A stretch of 64,000 nt of DNA from Promethearchaeota archaeon (GTDB lineage: Archaea; Asgardarchaeota; Thorarchaeia; Thorarchaeales; Thorarchaeaceae): positions 96,001-160,000 of the forward strand of contig WJMJ01000079.1 of assembly GCA_014728035.1 (NCBI GenBank). Reading direction: 5' to 3'. The position numbers and the translations under genes were made by a program. The first letter of the stretch is position 1. Each line of letters starts with the position of its first letter. This document shows, in pieces, positions 9,379-18,612 of the stretch. Under the pieces are notes generated by a model. It did no database searches and had not been told where the DNA came from. It worked only from the letters and a program-made list of their open reading frames with translations.

Positions 9379-10332
9379 TTATGGTGCCATAGTAATACCC
9401 AATTTCTTGACTAGCTCCTTGTAGCGATTGCGCACTGTTACTTCAGTTACTCCAGCTGCCATAGCGATGTCACGTTGTGTGACACGATGATCCATAAGGA
9501 TAGATGCAATGTAAATGGCTGCTGCTGCGAGGCCTCGAGGGTCTCGACCGGTAACAAGACTGCGTTGTTCTTTTGCTTGTTCAAGGATTTCCAATACCTT
9601 TTGTTGAACAATACCTGGTAACTTCAGCTGAGTGATGAACCGGGGCACATAATTCGCCGGGTCAGATATTGGCATCTTTAGTTTCAGTTTCATTACGAGT
9701 AATCTGTAGTGTTGCCCAATCTTCTTCTTTGATACTCTGCTGTGGCGAGATATTTCCTCTAGAGATCTTGGAGCTTCTCTCAATCTGCATGCGGCGTATA
9801 TTGCGGCACCTACCATTGCGTCAATCGATCTGCTTCGAACTAGTCTTCTCACGATGAGTTTTCGATAGAGTAAAGCAGCTAGCTCTTTGATACTTCTATT
9901 CAGACCAAGCTGTGAAGTTAGTCTGTCGAGTTCGGACATAGCCTGCGCTAAGTTTCTATCAACAGAACTATGAACCCGTGTTCGAATCTGCCATTTTCGT
10001 AGCCGATATATTTCAGAACGTTTCTTAGCAGAGAATCGTCTACCTGACGAGTCGTGGTCACGCCAGTCAATCATTGTCGAGAGGCCTTTATCGTGGATTG
10101 CGTAATTCGTTGGTGCTCCTGTTCTTGATCGTGCATCGCGCTCGTCTGATGTGAATGCTCTCCACTCAGGACCTGTATCGATACGATGCTCTGAAATCAC
10201 TAGACCACAAGAGGAACATATTCGTTCTCCTTTTTCTAAATCCTGTACAACTTCGTTACCTCCACATTCTGGGCAGGTAAATCCACTGGATTTTTTGCGG
10301 TCTGTTCTTTTTGCTCGGTCGCTTCTTGACAT
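9379..10332 (-). CDS. tfb: Transcription initiation factor IIB (TFB), paralog 1
   Basis: Same motifs as paralog 2 (CPEC...CSSC, IDTGPEWRAF). Start moved from 10347 to the ATG at 10332, which is preceded by a GAGGTG ribosome-binding site. Confidence 0.97.
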   Translation of the reverse strand: MSRSDRAKRTDRKKSSGFTCPECGGNEVVQDLEKGERICSSCGLVISEHRIDTGPEWRAFTSDERDARSRTGAPTNYAIHDKGLSTMIDWRDHDSSGRRFSAKKRSEIYRLRKWQIRTRVHSSVDRNLAQAMSELDRLTSQLGLNRSIKELAALLYRKLIVRRLVRSRSIDAMVGAAIYAACRLREAPRSLEEISRHSRVSKKKIGQHYRLLVMKLKLKMPISDPANYVPRFITQLKLPGIVQQKVLEILEQAKEQRSLVTGRDPRGLAAAAIYIASILMDHRVTQRDIAMAAGVTEVTVRNRYKELVKKLGITMAP

Positions 10333-10477
10333 GTTGACACCTCTCATTATGACTGGTCCTTTCTAAATCTAATCAAATTAGACCGCGTTTCTCTCTCGAT
10401 AGAGTGGAAAAAACACTCAAAACGCTCATTAAAGGCCCCGTCAGATTCCGCTACACTTATATAGTTGAATGTTTTCC

Positions 10478-10493
10478 TTTATAAATCTTTCGG
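10478..10493 (-). promoter_or_regulatory. BRE-TATA promoter of the tfb operon
   Basis: Minus strand reads CCGAAAGA-TTTATAAA; predicted transcription start near 10455, giving a ~120-nt 5' leader. Confidence 0.7.
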
Positions 10494-10599
10494 TATTATT
10501 TTAGAGTGTGGCATGATATCTAATCATTTTCTCCCCACAAAATGATAGGAAACATTTTGATTTAAAACTTACGGAATCTATTATAATGTACATCTGTGT

Positions 10600-11094
10600 T
10601 CATTGAGGATGGTTTTCTGCTTGTTGTTGACTACATTGTTCAGGAAACTTTCCTGATTCTTGGAACTCCTTGAAACAACTCAACCATTTTGGCATTCTTG
10701 GCCCCTCCCGCATGAACCTCAAAAATTCTGTCAGCACTTCTATTGTTTCAGTATGAGCAACATGTTCGATCTCACAAGCATCTAAGGTTGCAATATCATC
10801 ATTGATACCCAGTAGTTGGAAAAAATCATACAGAACTTGATAACGTTCTTGGATAGAAGATGCTACTCTATAACCATTCTTAGTAAGACGAACATCTTGG
10901 TAGGGCTTGTATCGTACTAAACCGAGGTTGTTCAATCTTCTAAGTGCTGTTGTTACGCTTGGGGCTTTGACATCAAGTGCCTCTGCAATGTCACTAACTG
11001 CAACAGTTCCTCTTTCAGATTCAATAGCGTATATGGTCTTGATATAGTCTTCAAGGGCTTTTGTAATTTTCACTGGATATCCCTCCCAATCCAT
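10600..11094 (-). CDS. DtxR/MntR family metal-dependent repressor
   Basis: EDYIKTIY, SDIAEALDVKAPSVT, DACEIEH motifs; last gene of the feo operon. Confidence 0.93.
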   Translation of the reverse strand: MDWEGYPVKITKALEDYIKTIYAIESERGTVAVSDIAEALDVKAPSVTTALRRLNNLGLVRYKPYQDVRLTKNGYRVASSIQERYQVLYDFFQLLGINDDIATLDACEIEHVAHTETIEVLTEFLRFMREGPRMPKWLSCFKEFQESGKFPEQCSQQQAENHPQ

Positions 11095-11378
11095 CTCATA
11101 CCCTTTTCAGTTACTATAAATGTCGTGACCGGAGAAGAACTCATTCCACAGTGTGTACTGTGTGAACATGAAGCACAAGATTGAGCCTGTCTATCATCAC
11201 ATGTATTTGTCTTGAGATAGCCATTTCTAATGAGCATCTGAATCATATCATTCAAGGTTCCAATTTGGATACCGAGATCATGTGCAATATCTTGGGTATT
11301 AGTTATTTTTCCTTCAATAATTAATTTGATTACTTCTTTCAACACTTTAGATGCCCTCCTTTTTGAAACTCTTTTCAA
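11070..11378 (-). CDS. feoC: FeoC-like winged-helix protein with Cys cluster
   Basis: HTH (TQDIAHDLGI...LIRNGYL) followed by C-x7-CASC-x4-C; located in the feo operon; true start probably near 11345. Confidence 0.75.
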   Translation of the reverse strand: MKRVSKRRASKVLKEVIKLIIEGKITNTQDIAHDLGIQIGTLNDMIQMLIRNGYLKTNTCDDRQAQSCASCSHSTHCGMSSSPVTTFIVTEKGMRWIGRDIQ

Positions 11379-11793
11379 GTGGATCTTTGAATTTGGTGTA
11401 TAATAACAATAGAACGGTTAAGGGGAATAACCATATTGCTGGTGATATATCGTTTGCGAGAGACCAATTAATCCAGTCTTCCAGTTGTAAATACCAGCCC
11501 AAAAGGTTAGTACCGATTACAATCATTTGAAGTAGGAAAAGGAGAGTTGCAAGAATTCCGCCTACAATTACAAATGCGTATCCTTCCATAGACTTCTTCT
11601 GAAGCGGTTTGATACCCCCAATAAAAACAAATCCGACTATAACGAGCAATAAACCTTGGATTGGATCCATTGGAAAGCCGAAGATTGTATTCTGAGTCAC
11701 AAAGAGAGATGTGTGAATAATCCCTACTCCAATATAGACTAATCCTGTTAGTGCTGTTAATACAACTAGCAGCTGAACTTTTACGCTATCCAA
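11347..11793 (-). CDS. Four-TM membrane protein in the feo operon
   Basis: Hydrophobic segments; overlaps both neighbouring genes. Confidence 0.75.
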   Translation of the reverse strand: MDSVKVQLLVVLTALTGLVYIGVGIIHTSLFVTQNTIFGFPMDPIQGLLLVIVGFVFIGGIKPLQKKSMEGYAFVIVGGILATLLFLLQMIVIGTNLLGWYLQLEDWINWSLANDISPAIWLFPLTVLLLLYTKFKDPLEKSFKKEGI

Positions 11794-13105
11794 ACAGAAT
11801 CCCTCCTAATGATATAATGAGCCCAGCCATAAGATAGGCTACAATCATTTGATATGAAACTGCTAGCAATGTCCATTTCCAAGATTCAGTTTCCTTACGG
11901 ATAGCTCCAATCGTAGCGATACATGGCACATATAATAGTACAAACACCATCAGTGCAAAAGCTGTAATCGGAGAAATACTAGCTAATAATGAAGCGGCTA
12001 TTGCGGTGTCACTCTGAACTGAATATATAATTGCCAAAGATTGAACAACAGCTTCCTTTGCCATTAAACCAAATATCAACGCTACTACAATGCGCCAGTC
12101 AAATCCTAGTGGTGCAAATAGTGGCTGAATGAATTGGCCGATTATGCTGATGAATGATTCTTGAACTGGCACTCCAAATCCATTTGGCCCGAATGAAGAA
12201 AGCATCCAAATCACAACACTTCCAGCAAGAAGGTATGTTCCAGCTTGTCTTAGAAAGAGAACTCCGCGTTCCCACATATGATGAATGGCACCGTGAACGG
12301 TGGGAATTTGGTACATGGATAATTCCATTAGCAGAGGTGAGGATTCCTCTCTGAAGAGTGTCTTTTTGAAAATTGTCGCCATTACAACGGCCATAATTAT
12401 TCCAAGTATATACATGAAGAATACTACTGTACCCGCGATAGTTGGAAAGAATATTCCAGCAATCAAAACATAAAGTGGTAGTCTTCCTGCGCATGACATC
12501 AGAGGGCTTACTAAAATCGTTGTGAAACGATTTGCTTTTCCGTCTACTGTCCTTGCAGCCATAACTGCCGCAACACTGCAACCGAATCCAAGTAGAAGTG
12601 GTATGAATGACCTACCATGAAGTCCCATTTTAACCATGACCCGGTCCATTACGAAAGCTGCTCTTGCTAGATATCCTGTATCTTCTAATATTGAGATTGC
12701 CAGGTAAAGAAAGAATACTGGAGGTACAAATGAAAGGATGAATCCCACACCTGCAATTAAGCCATTACTGAGTAATGATGCTAACCACGGTATAGGTATC
12801 TGGGAAGCATATCCTCCTACCCAATCAAAGAAATTCTGTATAATTACCATAAACACTACTGAAGCTTGAAACGTAAAATGAAACATTGACCACATGATAA
12901 CAAGAAATATTGGGATTCCAAGGTATTTATGGAGAAAAACTTTGTCCAACATATCACTTAGTGTCCATTTACCTTCTCCTGGTTGATATGTTTCACATAA
13001 GATATCCCCAATAATCCTGTATCTTTCATCTGCCAAGATTATTTGATTATCCGAATCATCAATGAATTCTTCTTCAAGTTGTATCGTCTGATCGGAACCA
13101 CTCAT
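11786..13105 (-). CDS. feoB: Ferrous iron transporter FeoB, membrane half
   Basis: LEDTGYLARAAF, GFGCSV, MSCAGRLP, LLMEL, GLMAKE, LYVPCIAT gate and core motifs. Confidence 0.95.
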   Translation of the reverse strand: MSGSDQTIQLEEEFIDDSDNQIILADERYRIIGDILCETYQPGEGKWTLSDMLDKVFLHKYLGIPIFLVIMWSMFHFTFQASVVFMVIIQNFFDWVGGYASQIPIPWLASLLSNGLIAGVGFILSFVPPVFFLYLAISILEDTGYLARAAFVMDRVMVKMGLHGRSFIPLLLGFGCSVAAVMAARTVDGKANRFTTILVSPLMSCAGRLPLYVLIAGIFFPTIAGTVVFFMYILGIIMAVVMATIFKKTLFREESSPLLMELSMYQIPTVHGAIHHMWERGVLFLRQAGTYLLAGSVVIWMLSSFGPNGFGVPVQESFISIIGQFIQPLFAPLGFDWRIVVALIFGLMAKEAVVQSLAIIYSVQSDTAIAASLLASISPITAFALMVFVLLYVPCIATIGAIRKETESWKWTLLAVSYQMIVAYLMAGLIISLGGILFG

Positions 13106-13911
13106 AGCACCACCTCAAGAAGGCGATTCTTTAGTGCAGGGTCTTGAATCATAGAAAGAATATCTGGATCTCGTTCGAGAATTCTTAAGGCGAGCCACCT
13201 TGGTGGGAATCTATCTAAAATACTCCTTTCTTCTTCCTCCAACATCGCAACTATTCTTTTGAGTTGTCTTTCTATCGATCGGTCATATTTGATTGCAGGT
13301 GGTCTAAGGCGTTCATATTCTCCATGATGATGGAATCGAGGATGGTAATGTAAGTGGTCATCGGGCTCATCCTCTCCCGGCGGATGCATAATTCCAGACC
13401 CGTCACGTTCTAAAACTTCCACAGGAACTGCTCGAAGAATTTCTTCCTTGAGCTCTTCCATTCCTTTCTTTTTTGTAGCAGTGGTTGATACAATTGGAGC
13501 TCTTAGGATTTCGGAGAGTTTATCTGTGTCAATTCTATCTCCTTTTGCTCTCACCACATCTTGCATGTTTAATACAATAATCAGGTTCAGTTGATACTCT
13601 ATCAATAATAATGTGAGATACAAGTTTCTTTCAAGCTGCCCCGCATTTACAATATCCACCACTATATCTGGTCTGTGGTCTATTAGATACTCTCGTGCCA
13701 CACGTTCATCATCTGAAAGTGCATTTAGGCTATACACTCCGGGAAGGTCAACAACCTCGAACTCATATCCTTTGTAAGTATAATATCCTTCTTTTTTCTC
13801 AACCGTCTTTCCCGGCCAATTTCCTGTGTGCTGTCTTGAACCAGTTAAGTTATTGAAAATTACAGACTTCCCAACATTAGGATTGCCAATAAGTGCCACT
13901 TTAATTTTCAA
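13102..13911 (-). CDS. feoB: FeoB N-terminal GTPase half with His-rich insert
   Basis: G1 GNPNVGKS, GNWPGKTVE, G3 DLPG, G4 NMQD; ATGA overlap with the membrane half. Confidence 0.95.
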   Translation of the reverse strand: MKIKVALIGNPNVGKSVIFNNLTGSRQHTGNWPGKTVEKKEGYYTYKGYEFEVVDLPGVYSLNALSDDERVAREYLIDHRPDIVVDIVNAGQLERNLYLTLLLIEYQLNLIIVLNMQDVVRAKGDRIDTDKLSEILRAPIVSTTATKKKGMEELKEEILRAVPVEVLERDGSGIMHPPGEDEPDDHLHYHPRFHHHGEYERLRPPAIKYDRSIERQLKRIVAMLEEEERSILDRFPPRWLALRILERDPDILSMIQDPALKNRLLEVVL

Positions 13912-13917
13912 GAATCT

Positions 13918-14283
13918 TCACCCCACTTCCTTCACTAATAGACGCCTTGCAAGTCTTTGACCTAGTGCAATACGTGTTCCTCTAACTTCCACCAAGACTG
14001 GGCCTCTCGATCCTCCACTTATTACTTCAAATGAACATCCCTTGGTTAGTCCCAAATCAAGTAACCTCTGCATCATTTGACGGTCTTCTTGATCCAGATT
14101 GCTTTTGTGAGGACAATCTTTTTCTCTATGATGTTTTCTACCAATTCTTCTTTTTCTGCGATGATGACGAAATGGATGTCTTCTTCCTGGCCGATTCATT
14201 ATACCCACTAACTGACATTTTTTTCCAGCTTGAATTTGACTTAATGGTGTACTTTGTGGTTTTGTTGTCCCTTTTTGATCCAT
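13918..14283 (-). CDS. feoA: FeoA with His/Arg-rich insertion
   Basis: RLLDLGL...GPVLVEVRGTRIALG SH3-like FeoA motif. Confidence 0.9.
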   Translation of the reverse strand: MDQKGTTKPQSTPLSQIQAGKKCQLVGIMNRPGRRHPFRHHRRKRRIGRKHHREKDCPHKSNLDQEDRQMMQRLLDLGLTKGCSFEVISGGSRGPVLVEVRGTRIALGQRLARRLLVKEVG

Positions 14284-14327
14284 CTCGAGACCTCCCTTTT
14301 TGGACTTGCGTGTGACTGACGCAAAAA

Positions 14328-14363
14328 GTTAGTCTTGTCTAACATTTGTTAGCTTTGTCTAAC
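14328..14363. promoter_or_regulatory. Tandem DtxR/MntR-type operators of the feo operon
   Basis: Two GTTAG-N6-CTAAC palindromes (14328-14343 and 14348-14363, 20-bp period) immediately downstream of the minus-strand TATA CTTATAAG (14363-14370). Confidence 0.85.
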
Positions 14364-14500
14364 TTATAAGACTTGTTGCTTAGGCCAAGACCTTGATGCA
14401 GTACTGAATGTGAATTTAGGTGAGGTAGTCGTCATCTCATAAACAGACCAAACCGCAATTGTTACATATTCCCTGTTGTTCTGTTAAGGTAGGGAAAAGA

Positions 14501-15898
14501 ATGTCATACCATAAAACACCACTAAAGTATGGCAGTGTAGAGATTGATGAGTTCATTCCATCAAGCCTCACTGATGTAACCGTTTTGAAAATTGGTGAAT
14601 TCAAGCCAGACTTCAATGATTTCATTACAAAGCTGAACGAAGTCTTGGATAATCCAATTGACTCGAAGCCTTTTGACGAATTAGTCGCTGAAGTATACGA
14701 AAAAGGCAATACAATAATGATTATTGTAGACGATAACACTAGGCCAAATGTCCACACCCGAGCAATAATCCCTGTTTTGATGGAACGCCTTCTCTCGCTC
14801 GGTGTTGAAAAGGACGATATCAAAATCATTGTTGCGAGTGGTTCTCATAAACCTCCAACACAAGACCAGATTCGTTCAAAGATTCTTGGTGATGATATCT
14901 ACAATCGTTGGAAAGATAATGTGTTGATCCATAGTTGCGATGAAGGAAATCTTGAGTTCGGAAAAACCAAAATGGGTACTCCTATTCACATTGACAAACG
15001 CGTGCTCGATGCAAGTTTGGTTATTCCCCTTAGTGATAGTGAATATCATTATTTTGCAGGACAAGCTGGCACCGTGAAATTATTTTGTCCTGGTGTGGCA
15101 GGTAGAGAAACTATACGTGTAAACCATCCTAGAATGTTTGACCTTGAAAAGGGGTTTGTTGAGGGCTGTAGACTTGGGAATACAGATGGAAATCCTGTCA
15201 TTCAGGACATGATTGAGATTGCTTCTCTAGTAAAAGAAGAACTACCTATGTTCTGCATTGACACAATCGTACACCATGGGGATATCGTCTACGTTCAGGC
15301 TGGAGACCTCATCTCCTGTCATGAAGCAGCTACAGAACCACTCAGAGAACTGCGTGTCGTTGATGTCGAAGAACCAGGTGACTTAGTATTCGTATCAGTT
15401 GGTGAATTAGGACTCAATCTATATCAAGCAGGAAAGGGAGTACATGCAGCTTGGAATGCGGTTCGTCATGACTTGAAAGGATGGATTGTCTTACTTGCTC
15501 CCTGTGAAGATGGAATTGGTAGTGCAGCTTACGCTGAGGCTATGGAAGCTGCAAAGGATATGATGGTGCGAGATGCCCTCCGATTTGTAATTAAGACATA
15601 TGGTTCTGAGGAAGCCTTCAAAATTGGTAATCAAAAACCCCCAGACCTATTCAGAATTCTACTTGATGTGGCAGAGAAGAATATCAAAGTTGTCACTCAA
15701 CTCAGTCCGGAAGAACTTGAGATCTATAGAATGGAGGCATGCAATCCTAATTCTCCTGATGATAGCCAACGAGTTCTTAGAGAATTAGTCCAGCGATATA
15801 TCGAAGAATCGGGAATTTCTGATCCAAAAATCTATGTTCTTGACGACCCGGGTCTTCTAATTAATGTCGAGAAACAAAAAGAGATAATAAACGTGTAA
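14501..15898 (+). CDS. larA: Lactate racemase (LarA) family nickel-pincer enzyme
   Basis: DDNTRP, ASGSH, HYFAGQAG.VK.F.PGVAG and NLYQ..K motifs; start set at ATG 14501. Confidence 0.85.
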   Translation: MSYHKTPLKYGSVEIDEFIPSSLTDVTVLKIGEFKPDFNDFITKLNEVLDNPIDSKPFDELVAEVYEKGNTIMIIVDDNTRPNVHTRAIIPVLMERLLSLGVEKDDIKIIVASGSHKPPTQDQIRSKILGDDIYNRWKDNVLIHSCDEGNLEFGKTKMGTPIHIDKRVLDASLVIPLSDSEYHYFAGQAGTVKLFCPGVAGRETIRVNHPRMFDLEKGFVEGCRLGNTDGNPVIQDMIEIASLVKEELPMFCIDTIVHHGDIVYVQAGDLISCHEAATEPLRELRVVDVEEPGDLVFVSVGELGLNLYQAGKGVHAAWNAVRHDLKGWIVLLAPCEDGIGSAAYAEAMEAAKDMMVRDALRFVIKTYGSEEAFKIGNQKPPDLFRILLDVAEKNIKVVTQLSPEELEIYRMEACNPNSPDDSQRVLRELVQRYIEESGISDPKIYVLDDPGLLINVEKQKEIINV

Positions 15899-15923
15899 GT
15901 GGGCTATTACCCACCTACCTCTC

Positions 15924-17360
15924 TTATTTTATTTTCCATGTTGGTCCATCTTTTGTATCGTTAATTGTGACACCAAGCTCACCAAGTTGGTCTCGTATCA
16001 TATCTGCAGTATCCCAATCTTTGGATTCTCTAGCTTTTTCACGTAATTCGAGAAGCAACTCGATTGTCCCTTTTAATAGCTCCTTTGACTCGGATTTGTC
16101 AGCACCAGTACTCGTTTCACTGAGATCAATTCCTAGAATGTTTACTAGTGAAATCATTGTTGCAAGAGCTTTTCGAACCACAACAGGTTTGCTTATCTTT
16201 GAGGTGTGGGTATTGACCACCTTAATGAACGTGAAAAGTTCAGCCAGAGCTCCTGGTGTGTTGAAATCATCGTTCATCTCTCGTTCAAATCCCTCTCTAA
16301 GTGTATCTATTGCTTCTGACAGAATTGAGTCCGATTCGGTAGAATCCACCTGCCCTCTCTCCAAAATCAAAAGACGGCCGCGGAGTGTATCTACAGCATT
16401 CCTAATCCTCTCAACGGTTTGAGTCGCCTGATTCAAGGCATCTGTATTATAGTCAAGTGGTTGGCGATAATGTCCTGATACTAGGAATAGACGGACAGCT
16501 TGATGGTCGAAATTATCCAGAACCTCTCGAGCTGTGAAGAAGTTTCCCTCGGACTTGGACATTTTATCTTTATCAATTGTAAGAAATCCATTGTGTAACC
16601 AATATTTTACCGGGGTTTCTACACCGTATGCTCCTGCACTTTGAGCTATCTCGTTCTCATGATGAGGAAAGATCAGGTCTTGTCCACCTCCGTGTATGTC
16701 AAATGGAACTCCTAGGAAATGCTTTCCCATGGCTGAACATTCAGCATGCCACCCTGGCCTACCTTTTCCCCATGGGCTTTCCCAAGATGGTTCTCCTGGC
16801 TTCTCAGCTTTCCAAAGTGCAAAGTCTCGTGGATCTTGTTTCTTTGAATCCACCTCAACACGAGCACCAGATGAGAGCTCGTCTGGAGATATCCCTGAAA
16901 GAATTCCATAACTCTCATACTCGCTGACATCAAAGTAGACATCACCATGTACTGCATATCCAAGTCCATTCTTGATGATCAGTTCAGTCATCTCAATCAT
17001 ATCATCGATATGTTCAGTAGCACGAGGATTGATGGTAGCAGGTTTCAGGTTTAATTCATTTGCTATCTTTCGGTATTCGGTGATGAATTTTGCAGCCAAC
17101 TCGGGAACAGATATTCCCTCGCGATTTGCTCTGTCTATCATTTTGTCATCTACATCCGTGAAGTTTGTAATGTAGGTGACTCTATAACCTGAATATTCTA
17201 GATAACGTCGTATTGTATCAAATACCGCAAATGACCTTGCATTACCAATATGCGGATAATCATACACTGTTGGGCCACACACGTACATTCTTACATGATT
17301 TCCTTCCAGTGGCTCGAATTCTTCTTTCGATCTTGACAGTGTGTTGTATACCTTGAGCAT
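15924..17360 (-). CDS. cysS: Cysteine--tRNA ligase
   Basis: YVCGPTVY, HIGN, PGWHAEC, HGGGQDLIFPHHENE, KMSKS; start set at MLKVYN (17360). Confidence 0.98.
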   Translation of the reverse strand: MLKVYNTLSRSKEEFEPLEGNHVRMYVCGPTVYDYPHIGNARSFAVFDTIRRYLEYSGYRVTYITNFTDVDDKMIDRANREGISVPELAAKFITEYRKIANELNLKPATINPRATEHIDDMIEMTELIIKNGLGYAVHGDVYFDVSEYESYGILSGISPDELSSGARVEVDSKKQDPRDFALWKAEKPGEPSWESPWGKGRPGWHAECSAMGKHFLGVPFDIHGGGQDLIFPHHENEIAQSAGAYGVETPVKYWLHNGFLTIDKDKMSKSEGNFFTAREVLDNFDHQAVRLFLVSGHYRQPLDYNTDALNQATQTVERIRNAVDTLRGRLLILERGQVDSTESDSILSEAIDTLREGFEREMNDDFNTPGALAELFTFIKVVNTHTSKISKPVVVRKALATMISLVNILGIDLSETSTGADKSESKELLKGTIELLLELREKARESKDWDTADMIRDQLGELGVTINDTKDGPTWKIK

Positions 17361-17485
17361 ATCATCTACCCATGTCCTCACAGGATTCTGTGCATAAAAA
17401 GGACTCTGCAAATATTGCCTTGATTACTACTGTTTCCGGATTATTATTAGATAAATATTAAACCATATATACTAAAACAATATAC

Positions 17486-17507
17486 TTTATATACGTATTA
17501 TGTATAT
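17486..17507 (+). promoter_or_regulatory. TATA box overlapped by a palindromic operator (probably bound by the operon's ArsR)
   Basis: TTTATATA at 17486-17493 overlaps ATATAC-N7-GTATAT at 17489-17507. Confidence 0.5.
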
Positions 17508-17535
17508 GTTTTTATTGTAACAAATAGGTGATATT

Positions 17536-18564
17536 ATGAAGACACTAGCAATAGATTGCATTGACTTGGAAAAGGTCTATGAGTCACGTAAATTACAGGG
17601 ACTGATTCCTCCAAAATGGAAAACAAAAAGAGTGACTGCTCTGAATAGCCTCTCTCTACAGGTCAAACGTGGAGAAATTATGGGCTTACTAGGCCCAAAC
17701 GGAGCGGGTAAAACAACTACCATTCAGATCTTAGCGGGTTTATTGGTACCTGATAACGGAGATGCTTACATCCATGGAATTAATGCAATAGCTGAACCAG
17801 AACGCGTGAAAAGAATTGTTGGTGTTGTAGCAGGTGGAGATACTCGACAATTATACAACAAGCTCAATGCGAGAGAGAACTTACGGTATTGGGGACATCT
17901 ACATGGCATGGATGGTCCTTATCTTGAAGAACGCATTGATTTCCTCCTAGAATTAGTTGGTCTTCAAGATCGACAAGATGACGAGTTTGAGAAATTTAGT
18001 CTTGGAATGTCTCAACGGCTTGTTCTTGCTAGAGGTATGATTCATGACCCTGAGGTACTTCTTCTCGATGAGCCAACTCTTGGGTTGGATCCCAAAGCTA
18101 GCAGAGAGATGAGAAGCTTCATCAAAAAGAAGCTAGTGGAAGAACAGGAGAAAACAATTCTACTCACCACTCATGAAATGCATGTTGCAGAAGAGCTCTC
18201 GGATCGGATTGCTATAATCAATCGTGGGTCAATTGTCGCTCTAGATGAACCTTCAAAATTGCGAGAGATGGTTCCAAATGATTTTCGAATTCAGGTTGAT
18301 ATTAGGAACATAACTCCTCAGATACAACAAGCACTTTCATACAATGGTCTAGTTGTTCAAGATCACAAATACCTTGAGCATGAGAATGTAGACCGATTTG
18401 TAATCAGTACTGATGATGAAGAGCGAGCAATCAAACGCGTAATTGATGCAGTTAGACTCTCTGAAGAAGCTCGATTAGTTGGAATAGACCTTAGAGAGGC
18501 AACTCTTGAGGATGCGTTTGTTTTTCTAACAGATGATAATTTGGAGGTTTCAGTCAATGCATAA
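17536..18564 (+). CDS. ABC-2 type exporter ATP-binding subunit
   Basis: GPNGAGKT, FSLGM, LLLDEP, TTH. Confidence 0.95.
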   Translation: MKTLAIDCIDLEKVYESRKLQGLIPPKWKTKRVTALNSLSLQVKRGEIMGLLGPNGAGKTTTIQILAGLLVPDNGDAYIHGINAIAEPERVKRIVGVVAGGDTRQLYNKLNARENLRYWGHLHGMDGPYLEERIDFLLELVGLQDRQDDEFEKFSLGMSQRLVLARGMIHDPEVLLLDEPTLGLDPKASREMRSFIKKKLVEEQEKTILLTTHEMHVAEELSDRIAIINRGSIVALDEPSKLREMVPNDFRIQVDIRNITPQIQQALSYNGLVVQDHKYLEHENVDRFVISTDDEERAIKRVIDAVRLSEEARLVGIDLREATLEDAFVFLTDDNLEVSVNA

Positions 18565-18612
18565 CTTGACCAAATTAAAACCTCAAAGATTTATTCGTAG
18601 GAGGACGGGTAA

